64,000 bases of DNA from a bacterium (GTDB lineage Bacteria; Patescibacteriota; Saccharimonadia; CAILAD01; GCA-016700035). Shown here piece by piece: positions 9,522 to 18,435 of this stretch (position 1 is the stretch's first letter; every line of letters starts with the position of its first letter). Below the pieces are notes generated by a model. The model made no database searches and was not told the origin of the DNA. It was given only the letters and a program-made list of their open reading frames with translations. The position numbers and the translations under genes are program-made. The DNA lies in NCBI GenBank assembly GCA_016700035.1, contig CP064998.1:590790-654789 (forward strand), given 5' to 3'.

Positions 9522-10565
9522 ATGAACCTGAATATCAAGGTGTTTATGACCCCGATCGTTGCCATCATCATGATGGCGGTGGCCGCGTGCAGTTGCACCG
9601 CGCCACCCGACGGTGGCGGAGCCACGACAACCTCGTCGACTACCACCAGCTCGACCAGTACAACTCTGCCCGAGCCGACCAGCTGGGAGTTCTCCCTGCG
9701 TGTCGGGATGCCGGCTGACCTTGTCGCCAAGTATGGCGGTGAGACCGCAGCTAAAGCCAAGGTTGAGCAACAACTGGCCAATGCCAATGTGCGCTTCACG
9801 AGTTTCGCCAAGCCGATCGTCTGGCGCATGAACGAGTTCTTCGTCTTTACCGGCGGAGCACTTGATCAGCTGGCGGTGCCACACCCAAACAGCGATTACC
9901 AGCTGCTGTACTCGGAAAACACCACACTCGATGACGGTGGCTGGAAGCCCCAGTCGAAGTCCATCGTGATTCGCTGGACTCCAGCTAGTGGTGGCGTGTT
10001 CGGTCCTTACGGAGCTGACTCACTCATCCACGAGCTGGGCCACGCCCGTGGCGCCATCGATATGTACGGCCTGAACGTGACCGGGGCCAACAACCCCGTC
10101 AATGGCCAGGGCTACACGCCGGCTGGTGGGTTCATGACCTACCCCTACGGTGCCACCGCTTGGGATGATTACTCGACGAGAGTCATCAATGCGTCGGCCG
10201 ACATGGTCTACAACGATGATCGTATCGTCCGGCAGTCCATCCCGGTCGTACAGGTGCACGCCACCAAGAATGGTGTGCCCGTGACTGGCGCCACGGTGGA
10301 GTTGTTCGGTTCTAGCTGGTACTCCGGCTCCGTCAACAGCTTTGCCAGCCAGACTGGAACGACCACAAACGGTAACTGGTTCGCTCCAGCCAACCCGTTT
10401 GAGGCCAACCCAGCAGCCTTCTGGAAGCTCAGCTTCCCGCTACTGCTGGTATGCGTCACCAGTGGAGCTTCGGTCGGCTACGGCTGGCTGGCTCTGCCGG
10501 ACGCCGGCAGCTGGTTCTTCACTCACCCGAGTGAAGCCTACCAGCTCAACGTCAACCTTGCCTGA
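9522..10565 (+). CDS. Secreted zinc metallopeptidase lipoprotein (HExxH), carried on a GC-rich (about 60%) insert
   Basis: Signal peptide plus lipobox (VAAC), HELGHA motif, and codon/GC composition sharply different from flanking DNA. Confidence 0.7.
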   Translation: MNLNIKVFMTPIVAIIMMAVAACSCTAPPDGGGATTTSSTTTSSTSTTLPEPTSWEFSLRVGMPADLVAKYGGETAAKAKVEQQLANANVRFTSFAKPIVWRMNEFFVFTGGALDQLAVPHPNSDYQLLYSENTTLDDGGWKPQSKSIVIRWTPASGGVFGPYGADSLIHELGHARGAIDMYGLNVTGANNPVNGQGYTPAGGFMTYPYGATAWDDYSTRVINASADMVYNDDRIVRQSIPVVQVHATKNGVPVTGATVELFGSSWYSGSVNSFASQTGTTTNGNWFAPANPFEANPAAFWKLSFPLLLVCVTSGASVGYGWLALPDAGSWFFTHPSEAYQLNVNLA

Positions 10566-10583
10566 TTACCAAATCAATCAGGC

Positions 10584-10614
10584 AGCCCCCGACTTCGGTC
10601 GGGGGTATTTTTAT
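10584..10614 (+). terminator. Rho-independent terminator
   Basis: cccccgac-ttcg-gtcggggg followed by T-run. Confidence 0.75.
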
Positions 10615-10665
10615 TGCTTAAACAATTGAAAAATGCTATATTAGTGCAGTTCATAAAATCTTTTC

Positions 10666-10739
10666 GGGTGATTAGCTCAGTTGGCTAGAGCATCTCGTTT
10701 ACACCGAGAGGGTCGGGGGTTCGAGTCCCTCATCACCCA
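10666..10739 (+). tRNA. tRNA-Val (anticodon TAC), no encoded CCA
   Basis: Acceptor GGGTGAT/ATCACCC, anticodon loop TTTACAC, T-loop TTCGAGT. Confidence 0.85.
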
Positions 10740-10741
10740 CA

Positions 10742-10772
10742 AGAAAAACCTCGCAGCTGCGAGGTTTTTCTT
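10742..10772 (+). terminator. Rho-independent terminator after tRNA-Val
   Basis: aaaaacctcgcagctgcgaggttttt hairpin with T-run. Confidence 0.75.
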
Positions 10773-10806
10773 GTGTTTAAACTTTCTACTATATTTAAAA
10801 TCTTTA

Positions 10807-11184
10807 CTAAGATGCCGGGATGTCCATGTCTGCTTCTGGCGTATTACGCGCCCGAATTTCTGCAATCTTACGCTCTATTTCCTCGGGACCAGCTGATACC
10901 ACTCCACTTGCTCCGCCTAATTCCTGTAGGGCTTGAGCTCGCAACTGAGCTTCTTCAGTCTCCACTATATCCCGTTGAGCGCGCTGATCGGCCAGCTGAC
11001 TTACCATCTCTTGATGTTCAGCGGAATTATCCAAAACATCTGCCCCCTCACTAATTGGCGTCTCAACCGTATCTGTTTTACCAGACAGCATACTCCTTAG
11101 CTTATCTACCAATCCTGTATTTTCATTAGCATGTACTGGTTTTTCCTGAGGCCCCTCGGAACCCTGTGGTGTTTTTGGTGGCAT
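10807..11184 (-). CDS. Hypothetical acidic protein
   Basis: ORF with RBS gaaggagagtg upstream of the ATG. Confidence 0.5.
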   Translation of the reverse strand: MPPKTPQGSEGPQEKPVHANENTGLVDKLRSMLSGKTDTVETPISEGADVLDNSAEHQEMVSQLADQRAQRDIVETEEAQLRAQALQELGGASGVVSAGPEEIERKIAEIRARNTPEADMDIPAS

Positions 11185-11238
11185 ATCACTCTCCTTTTCT
11201 TCGAGAATAGTGTATCATATATCCGTCCCCTTGTATTC

Positions 11239-11323
11239 GGGCGAGTGGTGGAATTGGTATACACGACGGACTTAAAATCCGTTGCCGCAAGGCTTGAGGG
11301 TTCGAGTCCCTCCTCGCCCACCA
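11239..11323 (+). tRNA. tRNA-Leu (anticodon TAA), long variable arm, CCA encoded
   Basis: Acceptor GGGCGAG/CTCGCCC, anticodon stem ACGGA/TCCGT, loop CTTAAAA, T-loop TTCGAGT. Confidence 0.85.
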
Positions 11324-11332
11324 GATAGACTA

Positions 11333-11358
11333 CCTTCTCCAGTGGGGAGAAGGTTTTT
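11333..11358 (+). terminator. Rho-independent terminator after tRNA-Leu(TAA)
   Basis: ccttctcc-agtgg-ggagaagg followed by ttttt. Confidence 0.75.
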
Positions 11359-11429
11359 GTATAATTAATCAAATCTGTATTTATAAAAAATAGCCCCGAA
11401 CAATAGTTCAAGGCTTGGTGTATCCTATA

Positions 11430-11723
11430 TCAGCTGACCGATACAGAATGTGTTTGAGGCGAAGAGAGTGCATTGAGCAGGCTGTCGATAGTATCTCGAC
11501 ACTCTGGACAGCACTGCCGACTGGCGGTCCAGATAGCTGACAGTTGCCCCACCAGACGCGCCTCCAATCCTTCAGTCTTGTCTTCAAGAGCAACGATCTG
11601 GCGCTGGGTGCGCCGTAGCTGATGAGTCAGTTGCTCCCTACTTGAAGGTATCGCGATGCGTGTTTTTTCCAGTTCAACGCTCACTTGTTTCTCCTGATAT
11701 CTGTTGTTGGCGAATAGGTACAA
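11430..11723 (-). CDS. Hypothetical protein (coiled-coil plus a CCPEC motif), GC-elevated
   Basis: ORF track. Local GC is visibly higher than surroundings. No RBS identified, so the call is weak. Confidence 0.3.
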   Translation of the reverse strand: MYLFANNRYQEKQVSVELEKTRIAIPSSREQLTHQLRRTQRQIVALEDKTEGLEARLVGQLSAIWTASRQCCPECRDTIDSLLNALSSPQTHSVSVS

Positions 11724-11778
11724 GGACTATCCAGCATAACAAAAATTACTCTGCCTTTCAAGAGTAAGGTCTGATGCA

Positions 11779-12444
11779 TTGCGTTTTTCACTCCATTGCT
11801 CTAGACTAAACATAAGTTTTTTAGAAAATCCCATGTCACGTAAGCACATTAATCTCTCCATTACCGACGCTCTAAGCTATGGCTGGAAAGCTACCAGTAA
11901 ATATCTTGGCTTTTATTTTACGCTGGCCTTAATCATCCTGCTTTTTAATCTGATACCGTCAATTTTTACAGTATTTTTTGACAATAGTATCTATACCCCA
12001 GTCATTCGCGGAATATTTATTGTTCTGATGGCCCTTATAACACTTGGCATGGTGCGCACAACACTGCAACAAGTTGATAAAAAAGACACCAACCTAGCCG
12101 ACCTTTTTCGCCTCAATCTTTTTGGTCGTTATCTGGTAGTGGCACTAATTTACCTTTTCTTAGTTATTGGTGGGCTTATCTTATTTATTGTTCCCGGAGT
12201 ATATTAGGGGCTCAAATATCAGTTTGCAACCTATCTAGTGGTTGATAAAAAGCTTAGTATCGGTAAGTCATTTGAAGAATCTGCCAAGCTAGTAGAAGGC
12301 TATGAATGGGATCTCTTAAGCTATTGGCTAATTATGATCTTGCTAAATATTGTAGGTATTTTATTCTTTGTGGTCGGAATTGTTATTACCCTGCCGGTTA
12401 CAGTTGCAGGATACACCTACCTTTACCGAGAACTTCGTAAATAA
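11779..12444 (+). pseudogene. DUF975-like polytopic membrane protein interrupted by an in-frame TAG at 12208-12210. The two ORFs, 11779..12207 and 12238..12444, share one frame.
   Basis: Both ORFs are in frame 1. Reading through gives ...LFIVPGVY*GLKYQFATYLVVDKK..., contiguous with the PGII..L.YS.a.Y.l.D motif region of DUF975 proteins. Confidence 0.55.
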
Positions 12445-12465
12445 ACATACGTTATTAATGCCAAT

Positions 12466-12490
12466 ATAAAAACCCCTTATCGGGGTTCTT
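12466..12490 (+). terminator. Hairpin terminator, shared with the tRNA-Leu(GAG) 3' flank
   Basis: aaccccttatcggggtt hairpin flanked by A/T runs. Confidence 0.5.
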
Positions 12491-12495
12491 GTATT

Positions 12496-12586
12496 GGTGC
12501 GGACGAGAAGACTCGAACTTCCACGCCTTTAAAAAATAGGCACTAGCCCCTCAAGCTAGCGTGTCTACCAATTCCACCACGTCCGC
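12496..12586 (-). tRNA. tRNA-Leu (anticodon GAG), long variable arm, CCA encoded
   Basis: Reverse complement: GCGGACG..CTAGC-TTGAGGG-GCTAG, variable arm, GGAAG-TTCGAGT-CTTCT, CGTCCGC-A-CCA. Confidence 0.8.
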
Positions 12587-12671
12587 ATAATTATTACTAT
12601 ATCTCATTGAGGTACACATTTTGCTACAGGCTTAAGAGGCCCTGAGTTTTTTATATGGATCTAGACAGGAT

Positions 12672-12712
12672 TACAGACCAAGCTAGCCCGTCTACCAACT
12701 CCATCGCGTTTA
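12672..12712 (-). other. Degenerate partial copy (about 80% identity over about 35 nt) of the 5' half of tRNA-Leu(GAG); pseudo-tRNA fragment
   Basis: ccaagctagcccgtctaccaactccatcgcg versus tcaagctagcgtgtctaccaattccaccacg of the intact tRNA. The fragment has no complementary 3' half. Confidence 0.5.
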
Positions 12713-12764
12713 GCGTATAAAACAGCAAGGCCTATTTTAACAGATTCTTACACTGTTGTCAGTT

Positions 12765-13097
12765 CTAAATTAGGGCTGTATATGAAAGAAAAATAAGCGC
12801 CAACCCCAATGCAATTGCAAGCGGTATAAGAATTAATAGATTGACATAATAATATATCTCTTTTGGCTCATTCCAAGAATTTTTCTGAGCTTTTGGCAAC
12901 TTCTTCCAATCAGCCTTGTAGTTCTGCCAAACATCTTTACTGCGCGCCAAACTCCAAATTCCACCAACAAATAGCAACATACCTAAACCTAATTGACCAA
13001 ACAAACTACCCATATATGTCAAAACCAGAAACCATAAGAATATTACTAGTCCAACAATTCTTCCCCAACTATCTTTGCGCTTAATGTTTCGTGCCAT
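12765..13097 (-). CDS. Hypothetical small membrane protein (3 TM)
   Basis: ORF with RBS aggaggttt and hydrophobic segments. Confidence 0.5.
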   Translation of the reverse strand: MARNIKRKDSWGRIVGLVIFLWFLVLTYMGSLFGQLGLGMLLFVGGIWSLARSKDVWQNYKADWKKLPKAQKNSWNEPKEIYYYVNLLILIPLAIALGLALIFLSYTALI

Positions 13098-13109
13098 TTT
13101 AAAAACCTC

Positions 13110-14816
13110 CTAGTTATCGTAATTATTTGGTAGATGGTCAGCCAGGTGCTTCATAGAATATTCCTTGCGCAATTGACGTGGTAAGTCTTTCAAGCTTACA
13201 CCTATCTTAACGCCCGGATTAAATATGTTAAGTGGATCAAAAACCTTCTTAATATCTTCAAACACACCATAAAGATGCTCACCATACAAGCGCTTGAGAT
13301 ATGGTGCTCGCAAACGACCATCATTGTGCTCGCCACAAGTCGATCCACCCATTTCAATTACCATACGATAAAACTCATTCATTAACTCAAACATTTTCTT
13401 GCGATCCACCTGCGAGCCCAGATTCATGAAAGGCTGCATATGAAAGTTCGCATTACCAGCATGCCCCCAAACCGCAATATCGAGCTTATATTTTTCAAAC
13501 ATTTTATACACCTGCTCTAAGAACTTTGGCATCTGCTCAAGTGGAACGACGCCGTCTTCAATAATCGGTAAAGCTTTCTTAGCGCCACGAAACTTCCAAA
13601 TAATAGCCGCTGCACCACGCCGGATTTTCCATAGTTTAATCTGCTCATTAGGGTCAGTCGCCAAGCGTGAAGCAAAAGCTAACTCTCGAAAAACTTTTTG
13701 AACCTTTTTGGCTTTCGAGGCCTGTGTGCGTGATTTAGTATCATCAAACTGTACCAAAAGTACTATGCCGGGCATCTTCTCAGGCATGATGTCTCGAATT
13801 TGTTCCGGATCATGCTCACACAAAAACTCCAGCAAATGCCGATCCACCACCTCTAAGGCAGAGGGCTTTAATGGCATCACCAGCTCAACCGCCCTAGCAG
13901 CATGCTCCATATCCTCAAAGTAGCCAACCACCAAATGGGTTTGGGGGTTATACGGTACATGACGTAGGCTAACTTCAGTAACCGCGCCCAGTGTACCCTG
14001 ACTCCCCACGATTAACTGACCCAAATCAAAGCTCCCATCCGGACCTTTTACATGCCACAAATCATACCCAGCTGAGTTTTTACTAACCCGCGGATAAGCT
14101 TCAGCTAGCTGGTCCCAATTTTCCTCAATTAAGTAGTCAACATTACGATAAATATGGCCCTCAAAATCTGTCTGCCGCTGTTTTTGCCGAAGCTCTTTTG
14201 CGCTCAATCGGCGCGTCTCAATCACTTGCCCATTAGCCAAAACCACCCGTAAACTTTCTACATAATCACGAGTTGACCCATATTTAATAGTTTTTTCACC
14301 AGCCGAGTTATTAGCTACCGCTCCGCCAATGGTGGCAAAATCAATACTCGCCGGATAGGGTGGCATAAATCTTTTGTGGCTATGTAATAAGTGTTGTAAG
14401 TCCTTATAAATCATGCCAGGCTGAACCGTTATGGTATCTTTTGACATATCAATAAAGTGGTTCATGTGGGCTGGCAAAACCATAATAATGCCACTACCTA
14501 GAGCTGCCCCACCCTGATCAGTACCTTTACCACGCATAGTTATAGGAATTGAGTTACCCTTGGCGGCCTCTTGCGCTACCAAAGTAACCACCTCTGCCAC
14601 ATCGGCCTCATTTTGAGGATAAATAACAATCTGCGGCATAACACGGAACACGCTACCATCGGTTGAGAAGAATTCTCGAGTTGCCTTATTTACACTTACT
14701 TCACCAGTAGTAAAATTACGGAGTCGTTGATAGAAATCAGTCATAGTACTTGTAGCATAACAATTTTCGACACTCTGTGCAAAATCTAATTGTTGAATTT
14801 TGACAGATTGATACAT
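13110..14816 (-). CDS. FAD-linked oxidase (FAD_binding_4 / GlcD-D-lactate dehydrogenase-like)
   Basis: N-terminal FAD-binding domain motifs (RGKGTDQGGAALG, IGGAVANNSAGE) and a C-terminal oxidase domain; 568 aa. Confidence 0.75.
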   Translation of the reverse strand: MYQSVKIQQLDFAQSVENCYATSTMTDFYQRLRNFTTGEVSVNKATREFFSTDGSVFRVMPQIVIYPQNEADVAEVVTLVAQEAAKGNSIPITMRGKGTDQGGAALGSGIIMVLPAHMNHFIDMSKDTITVQPGMIYKDLQHLLHSHKRFMPPYPASIDFATIGGAVANNSAGEKTIKYGSTRDYVESLRVVLANGQVIETRRLSAKELRQKQRQTDFEGHIYRNVDYLIEENWDQLAEAYPRVSKNSAGYDLWHVKGPDGSFDLGQLIVGSQGTLGAVTEVSLRHVPYNPQTHLVVGYFEDMEHAARAVELVMPLKPSALEVVDRHLLEFLCEHDPEQIRDIMPEKMPGIVLLVQFDDTKSRTQASKAKKVQKVFRELAFASRLATDPNEQIKLWKIRRGAAAIIWKFRGAKKALPIIEDGVVPLEQMPKFLEQVYKMFEKYKLDIAVWGHAGNANFHMQPFMNLGSQVDRKKMFELMNEFYRMVIEMGGSTCGEHNDGRLRAPYLKRLYGEHLYGVFEDIKKVFDPLNIFNPGVKIGVSLKDLPRQLRKEYSMKHLADHLPNNYDN

Positions 14817-14857
14817 CTTAAGCTAAGCTTATTATAATAAACTTTTAGTAAAGTATT

Positions 14858-15751
14858 ATGGGAAAAATAAACACCACTAAGACATCGCGTAACAACCACA
14901 ATCTTGGTCGCGTTAAGCAATTCAAACAACCAGCCATGCTGGCTGTTCTGGGGTTGTTTGCGATGGCTGGTAGCATCCTAATTTATGCCTCGCTGGCTAG
15001 CTCCACGCCAGTTGTAAACACTAATGCCGAGTTTTGGCGGGCTCGGATTGCTGGCTGCGAGTCTGGTTCGGGGCCAAATAGCCAGGGTCGTTACACTGCC
15101 TCCAATGGTTCTGGAAATTTTGGCGCCTACCAGTTTGATGTCCGTACTTGGCAAGGAGCTGTGGGACCAGAGTTAGCCACTCAATACCCCAATCCAACTC
15201 AAGCTCCACCAGAAATTCAAGATCAAGCTTTTTATAATACTTTTGCCAGACGCGGCAGTCAGCCCTGGAATGCCAGCTATAAATGCTGGCGTACCGATGA
15301 GTTAGCTGCCCGACCAATCGGTGTAATACCGTTAAGACTACCTAAGCTAGGTAAATCCTCCAACGTAGCCGAAGACCCGATCGTTGGTCCACCTAAATCT
15401 GCCTATAACATCAAGGTGCAAGGGCGTGTCTATGTTGACGGTAAACTTATACCAAATATTAAGCTTATTACCTGCGTTGATGGAGTTACCACCACAACTG
15501 GATCAGGCGGCGTATATAGCTTTGAATTACCAGCCGGAAATAACTATTGTGTACGCGTAATTGAAGGCCTACCGGCCAATGCACGATTAGATAAAACTAA
15601 CAATAACCCAGAGCGAGCCGCCGATACTAGCTACGAACATCAACTGGCTGGCAAGAACTATTACCGAAACCTCTGGCAGTTTTTCACACCCTATTACACC
15701 TGGGATCGAGCCAGCGATGAAAACACCGATTTTTGGTTCGTCACCCATTAG
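14858..15751 (+). CDS. Membrane-anchored Rpf-like transglycosylase-domain protein with a C-terminal Ig-like/CarboxypepD_reg-like domain
   Basis: ARIAGCESGSG...GAYQFDVRTWQ...KCW closely matches the resuscitation-promoting-factor/transglycosylase-like domain. N-terminal TM. Confidence 0.7.
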   Translation: MGKINTTKTSRNNHNLGRVKQFKQPAMLAVLGLFAMAGSILIYASLASSTPVVNTNAEFWRARIAGCESGSGPNSQGRYTASNGSGNFGAYQFDVRTWQGAVGPELATQYPNPTQAPPEIQDQAFYNTFARRGSQPWNASYKCWRTDELAARPIGVIPLRLPKLGKSSNVAEDPIVGPPKSAYNIKVQGRVYVDGKLIPNIKLITCVDGVTTTTGSGGVYSFELPAGNNYCVRVIEGLPANARLDKTNNNPERAADTSYEHQLAGKNYYRNLWQFFTPYYTWDRASDENTDFWFVTH

Positions 15752-15846
15752 ATCTGTTGTTACATATTGACATCATTAATCATATATTGTATTATCTGGA
15801 CACCCGAAATACGGGTGAGTTGAGTTCTTCAAATGAAGGAGTAGTC

Positions 15847-16182
15847 ATGGCTATCGCCCTGCAAACTTCAATTAGCACCACCTCTCGATATGAGCCATTC
15901 GATCTAGCCGGCCTTCGCATTGGCCAAATACTTGAACTACAGTGCGACCATAATATCCGCTGGTATATCAGTATCTTGACCACGTCAACCTGTCGAACTG
16001 AACTCATCAAGGGTGCGATGATCATGACAAACTCACCTAATCGTGGCATCCGTATCGCCTGCTCACCCTACGAGATGACGGTTGGTCGACAAGTGCAAGC
16101 CGGCAACCAACTAGCAATCGGTTACGGCCACACAGAGGTCATTCGATCCTTTCGTGTAGTTGAGCAATCGATCAGTCCATAA
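15847..16182 (+). CDS. Hypothetical protein. Start is at the internal ATG after the AGGAG RBS; the longer ORF begins at 15733.
   Basis: aaggagtagtcATG at 15836-15849. A terminator follows downstream. Confidence 0.45.
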   Translation: MAIALQTSISTTSRYEPFDLAGLRIGQILELQCDHNIRWYISILTTSTCRTELIKGAMIMTNSPNRGIRIACSPYEMTVGRQVQAGNQLAIGYGHTEVIRSFRVVEQSISP

Positions 16183-16210
16183 CCCGCATATAAAGTGCGC
16201 AATAAATTCC

Positions 16211-16245
16211 AGACTCCAGAATACCACCTGGAGTCTTTTTCTTAT
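16211..16245 (+). terminator. Rho-independent terminator
   Basis: agactccag...ctggagtct followed by ttttt. Confidence 0.75.
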
Positions 16246-16338
16246 TTTTGTAGGATAGTATAGTGCCACAACAACTAGTCATCCGCACCAAAGAAAAAAG
16301 AGCGCAAATGCGCTCAAATTTCCCGAAAAGTTCGTTCT

Positions 16339-16425
16339 TGGTGCGGATGAAAGGACTCGAACCTTCACGAGATTGCTCCCACTGACACCTGAAGCCAGCG
16401 TGTCTACCAATTCCACCACATCCGC
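16339..16425 (-). tRNA. tRNA-Leu (anticodon CAG), long variable arm, CCA encoded
   Basis: Reverse complement: GCGGATG..CTGGC-TTCAGGT-GTCAG, variable arm, T-loop TTCGAGT, CATCCGC-A-CCA. Confidence 0.8.
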
Positions 16426-16436
16426 ATATAAAAATT

Positions 16437-18161
16437 CTATTTCTGCTTAATTGGCTGTAATTTAGATTTTATAGCCCAAGTATTTACCTTGTAAAATCGA
16501 TCACTCGGAATAACTAGCTTCTCCTCTGCTACTCCAGTCAAAGCAGCAGTATGAGCATACAGGTAAGATGGCGAATAAAGCAAGAGGGCTGGTACATCAT
16601 CAGACCAAATCTTTACAAATGACTTGTATTTCATTTCTCGAAAAGCTGGATCCTTACCAAAACGAGCTTGCTCTAGGGCAGTATCAGCCTCTTTATTATT
16701 ATACTGCGAAACATTCAGGCCCGGATCTGAAGCTTGAGAAGAGTGCCAGAAGCTAAACACATCACTATCGGCACCAATATTTTGGCCATACAGTAAAATA
16801 TCATACTGTCTGGGTCGGATGTAGCTCTGCTGTAAGGTAAAGGTATCCACCTGAATCACCTCAATCGGCACTCCAGCTACCTGCCACTGATCGGCTAGCT
16901 TTTGCGCAAGCTCTGGATACACTCCTGAATTTGCCGTTACCAGACGCAATGGTGTGGTTATCTTCTGAGCTAGAGCGGTCTTACCCACCTCCGGTGCATA
17001 ATCAACTCGCAGAGCGTCCTGGTTAAAGCCTAAATAACCGGCCGGAATTGGGTAATGCGCAACATTACCTTCATCTTTAATTACCTCTTGGACTAGCTTC
17101 TTACGATCAATTACCCGACTGAGGGCGAGGCGGATATCTTTATTGGCTAAAGTTGGTTGCTTAATATTATAAAATGCCCCAACGTAGCTGGGCATCCGAA
17201 ATCGCTGAACCACTAAATCACCGAATTCTTTCACGCTCACTACTTGATCTGGATCAATTTGTGCCATTCCGTCAATCCGACGTTTAGCATAGGCATCAAC
17301 TAAGGCCCCTGAATCATCAACCTGTAGGAATTTAATTTCATCCAGCTTAGGTGCTCCTTGATAGTACTCGTTATAGCGACGCAAGCTAATCGTATCACTA
17401 TTAATATCAAGATTATCAAGGATGAACGGCCCGCTACCAATGGGCTGCTGATTAAAGCTAGCTAATCGCAATTGACTCACTGGAGTTTGCTCGAGCACAT
17501 GCTTTGGCAAGATCCCAACTTGGGCAAGGGCTGACCAAAAACCACTATAGCTGGCTGGTAATTTAAATTGTACCGTGCGACTATCTAGTGCTGATACCTG
17601 AATTTTATCCCAGTTTGTAGCCAGCGAAGAGCGAGCATCTGGGTTTTGGATGGTCTGAATTGTGTACACCACGTCATCGGCCGTCACCACAACACCATCA
17701 TGCCAATGTGCATCTTCACGTAACTTAAGCGTGTAGGTGCGCTTATCTGCCGAAACCTCCCAATTATCCGCCAAATCACCTTCTACGTACTGGCCGTCAC
17801 GAGTGCGGATCAGCTTAGAAAAAACCAATTCAGTAACATCGGCTGTAGCGGAGTTTTCAACATAGAGAGGATTAACTAAGCGTACCCGACCAATTACACC
17901 CTCTCGATAAACACCGCCGCTAATTGGCTGCCTAGCTAACCAATGCCTCTGCAAACCAATAAAACCTTGATACATGCCAAAAATACTAATCACTATAATT
18001 AACACCCAAGCTGTAAACTGCCAACGCATCAGCCCCAACTTGCGCCATGCTCCATAAATATGCCGATCAACATAATTACCAAACCAAGTCCGCATCACTT
18101 TACTCTGACGGCCCAACCTGCGCCGTGCATGATTTATCCTAAATGTAATATATGAACTCAT
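16437..18161 (-). CDS. ABC transporter substrate-binding protein (family 5, peptide/nickel type), N-terminally anchored
   Basis: Size and architecture of an OppA/DppA-like SBP, with an N-terminal TM helix instead of a cleaved signal peptide. Confidence 0.6.
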   Translation of the reverse strand: MSSYITFRINHARRRLGRQSKVMRTWFGNYVDRHIYGAWRKLGLMRWQFTAWVLIIVISIFGMYQGFIGLQRHWLARQPISGGVYREGVIGRVRLVNPLYVENSATADVTELVFSKLIRTRDGQYVEGDLADNWEVSADKRTYTLKLREDAHWHDGVVVTADDVVYTIQTIQNPDARSSLATNWDKIQVSALDSRTVQFKLPASYSGFWSALAQVGILPKHVLEQTPVSQLRLASFNQQPIGSGPFILDNLDINSDTISLRRYNEYYQGAPKLDEIKFLQVDDSGALVDAYAKRRIDGMAQIDPDQVVSVKEFGDLVVQRFRMPSYVGAFYNIKQPTLANKDIRLALSRVIDRKKLVQEVIKDEGNVAHYPIPAGYLGFNQDALRVDYAPEVGKTALAQKITTPLRLVTANSGVYPELAQKLADQWQVAGVPIEVIQVDTFTLQQSYIRPRQYDILLYGQNIGADSDVFSFWHSSQASDPGLNVSQYNNKEADTALEQARFGKDPAFREMKYKSFVKIWSDDVPALLLYSPSYLYAHTAALTGVAEEKLVIPSDRFYKVNTWAIKSKLQPIKQK

Positions 18162-18216
18162 ATTTCCTGTTAGCTATTACCCTTCATGCAAATGCTCTTG
18201 TTAAATAAAGCTTTGT

Positions 18217-18435
18217 TTAAGCAATGATAAATCGAGCCAAAATACTAGCTATAAAAATAACTCCTAAAATTATCGTAAAAATGAATAATCCTTTTTCAAA
18301 ACCTCGCTTTGAGCGATAAACATTACCACCCCCACCAAAAGCATCCCCCAATCCACTGCCCTGGTTCTGCACCAATACAACAACAATAATCAGAATAGCT
18401 GAGACGACGGTAAGAATATTTAGAAAAGCTATCAT
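18217..18435 (-). CDS. secG: Preprotein translocase subunit SecG. Start is at MIAFLNIL; the ORF track extends further upstream.
   Basis: Two TM segments flanking the GGGG..Y.RG motif (QGSGLGDAFGGGGNVYRSKRG). RBS aaaggagg; ATG overlaps the upstream stop (TAATG). Confidence 0.75.
   Translation of the reverse strand: MIAFLNILTVVSAILIIVVVLVQNQGSGLGDAFGGGGNVYRSKRGFEKGLFIFTIILGVIFIASILARFIIA

Noticed and set aside
9477-10629. Multiple alternative-frame ORFs (9477..9884-, 9488..9829-, 9515..9718+, 9613..9831+, 10020..10259-, 10208..10459-, 10342..10629+)
   Set aside because: Stop codons are rare in 60% GC DNA, so spurious ORFs are expected. Only the frame with signal peptide, lipobox, HExxH motif and RBS is coherent.
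11106-11411. ORFs 11106..11411 (-) and 11131..11328 (+)
   Set aside because: They overlap tRNA-Leu(TAA) and its terminator.
15733-16182. Long form of the ORF starting at 15733, and antisense ORF 15792..16049
   Set aside because: The long form overlaps the preceding gene with no RBS. An internal ATG with AGGAG RBS at 15847 is preferred. The antisense ORF lacks support.
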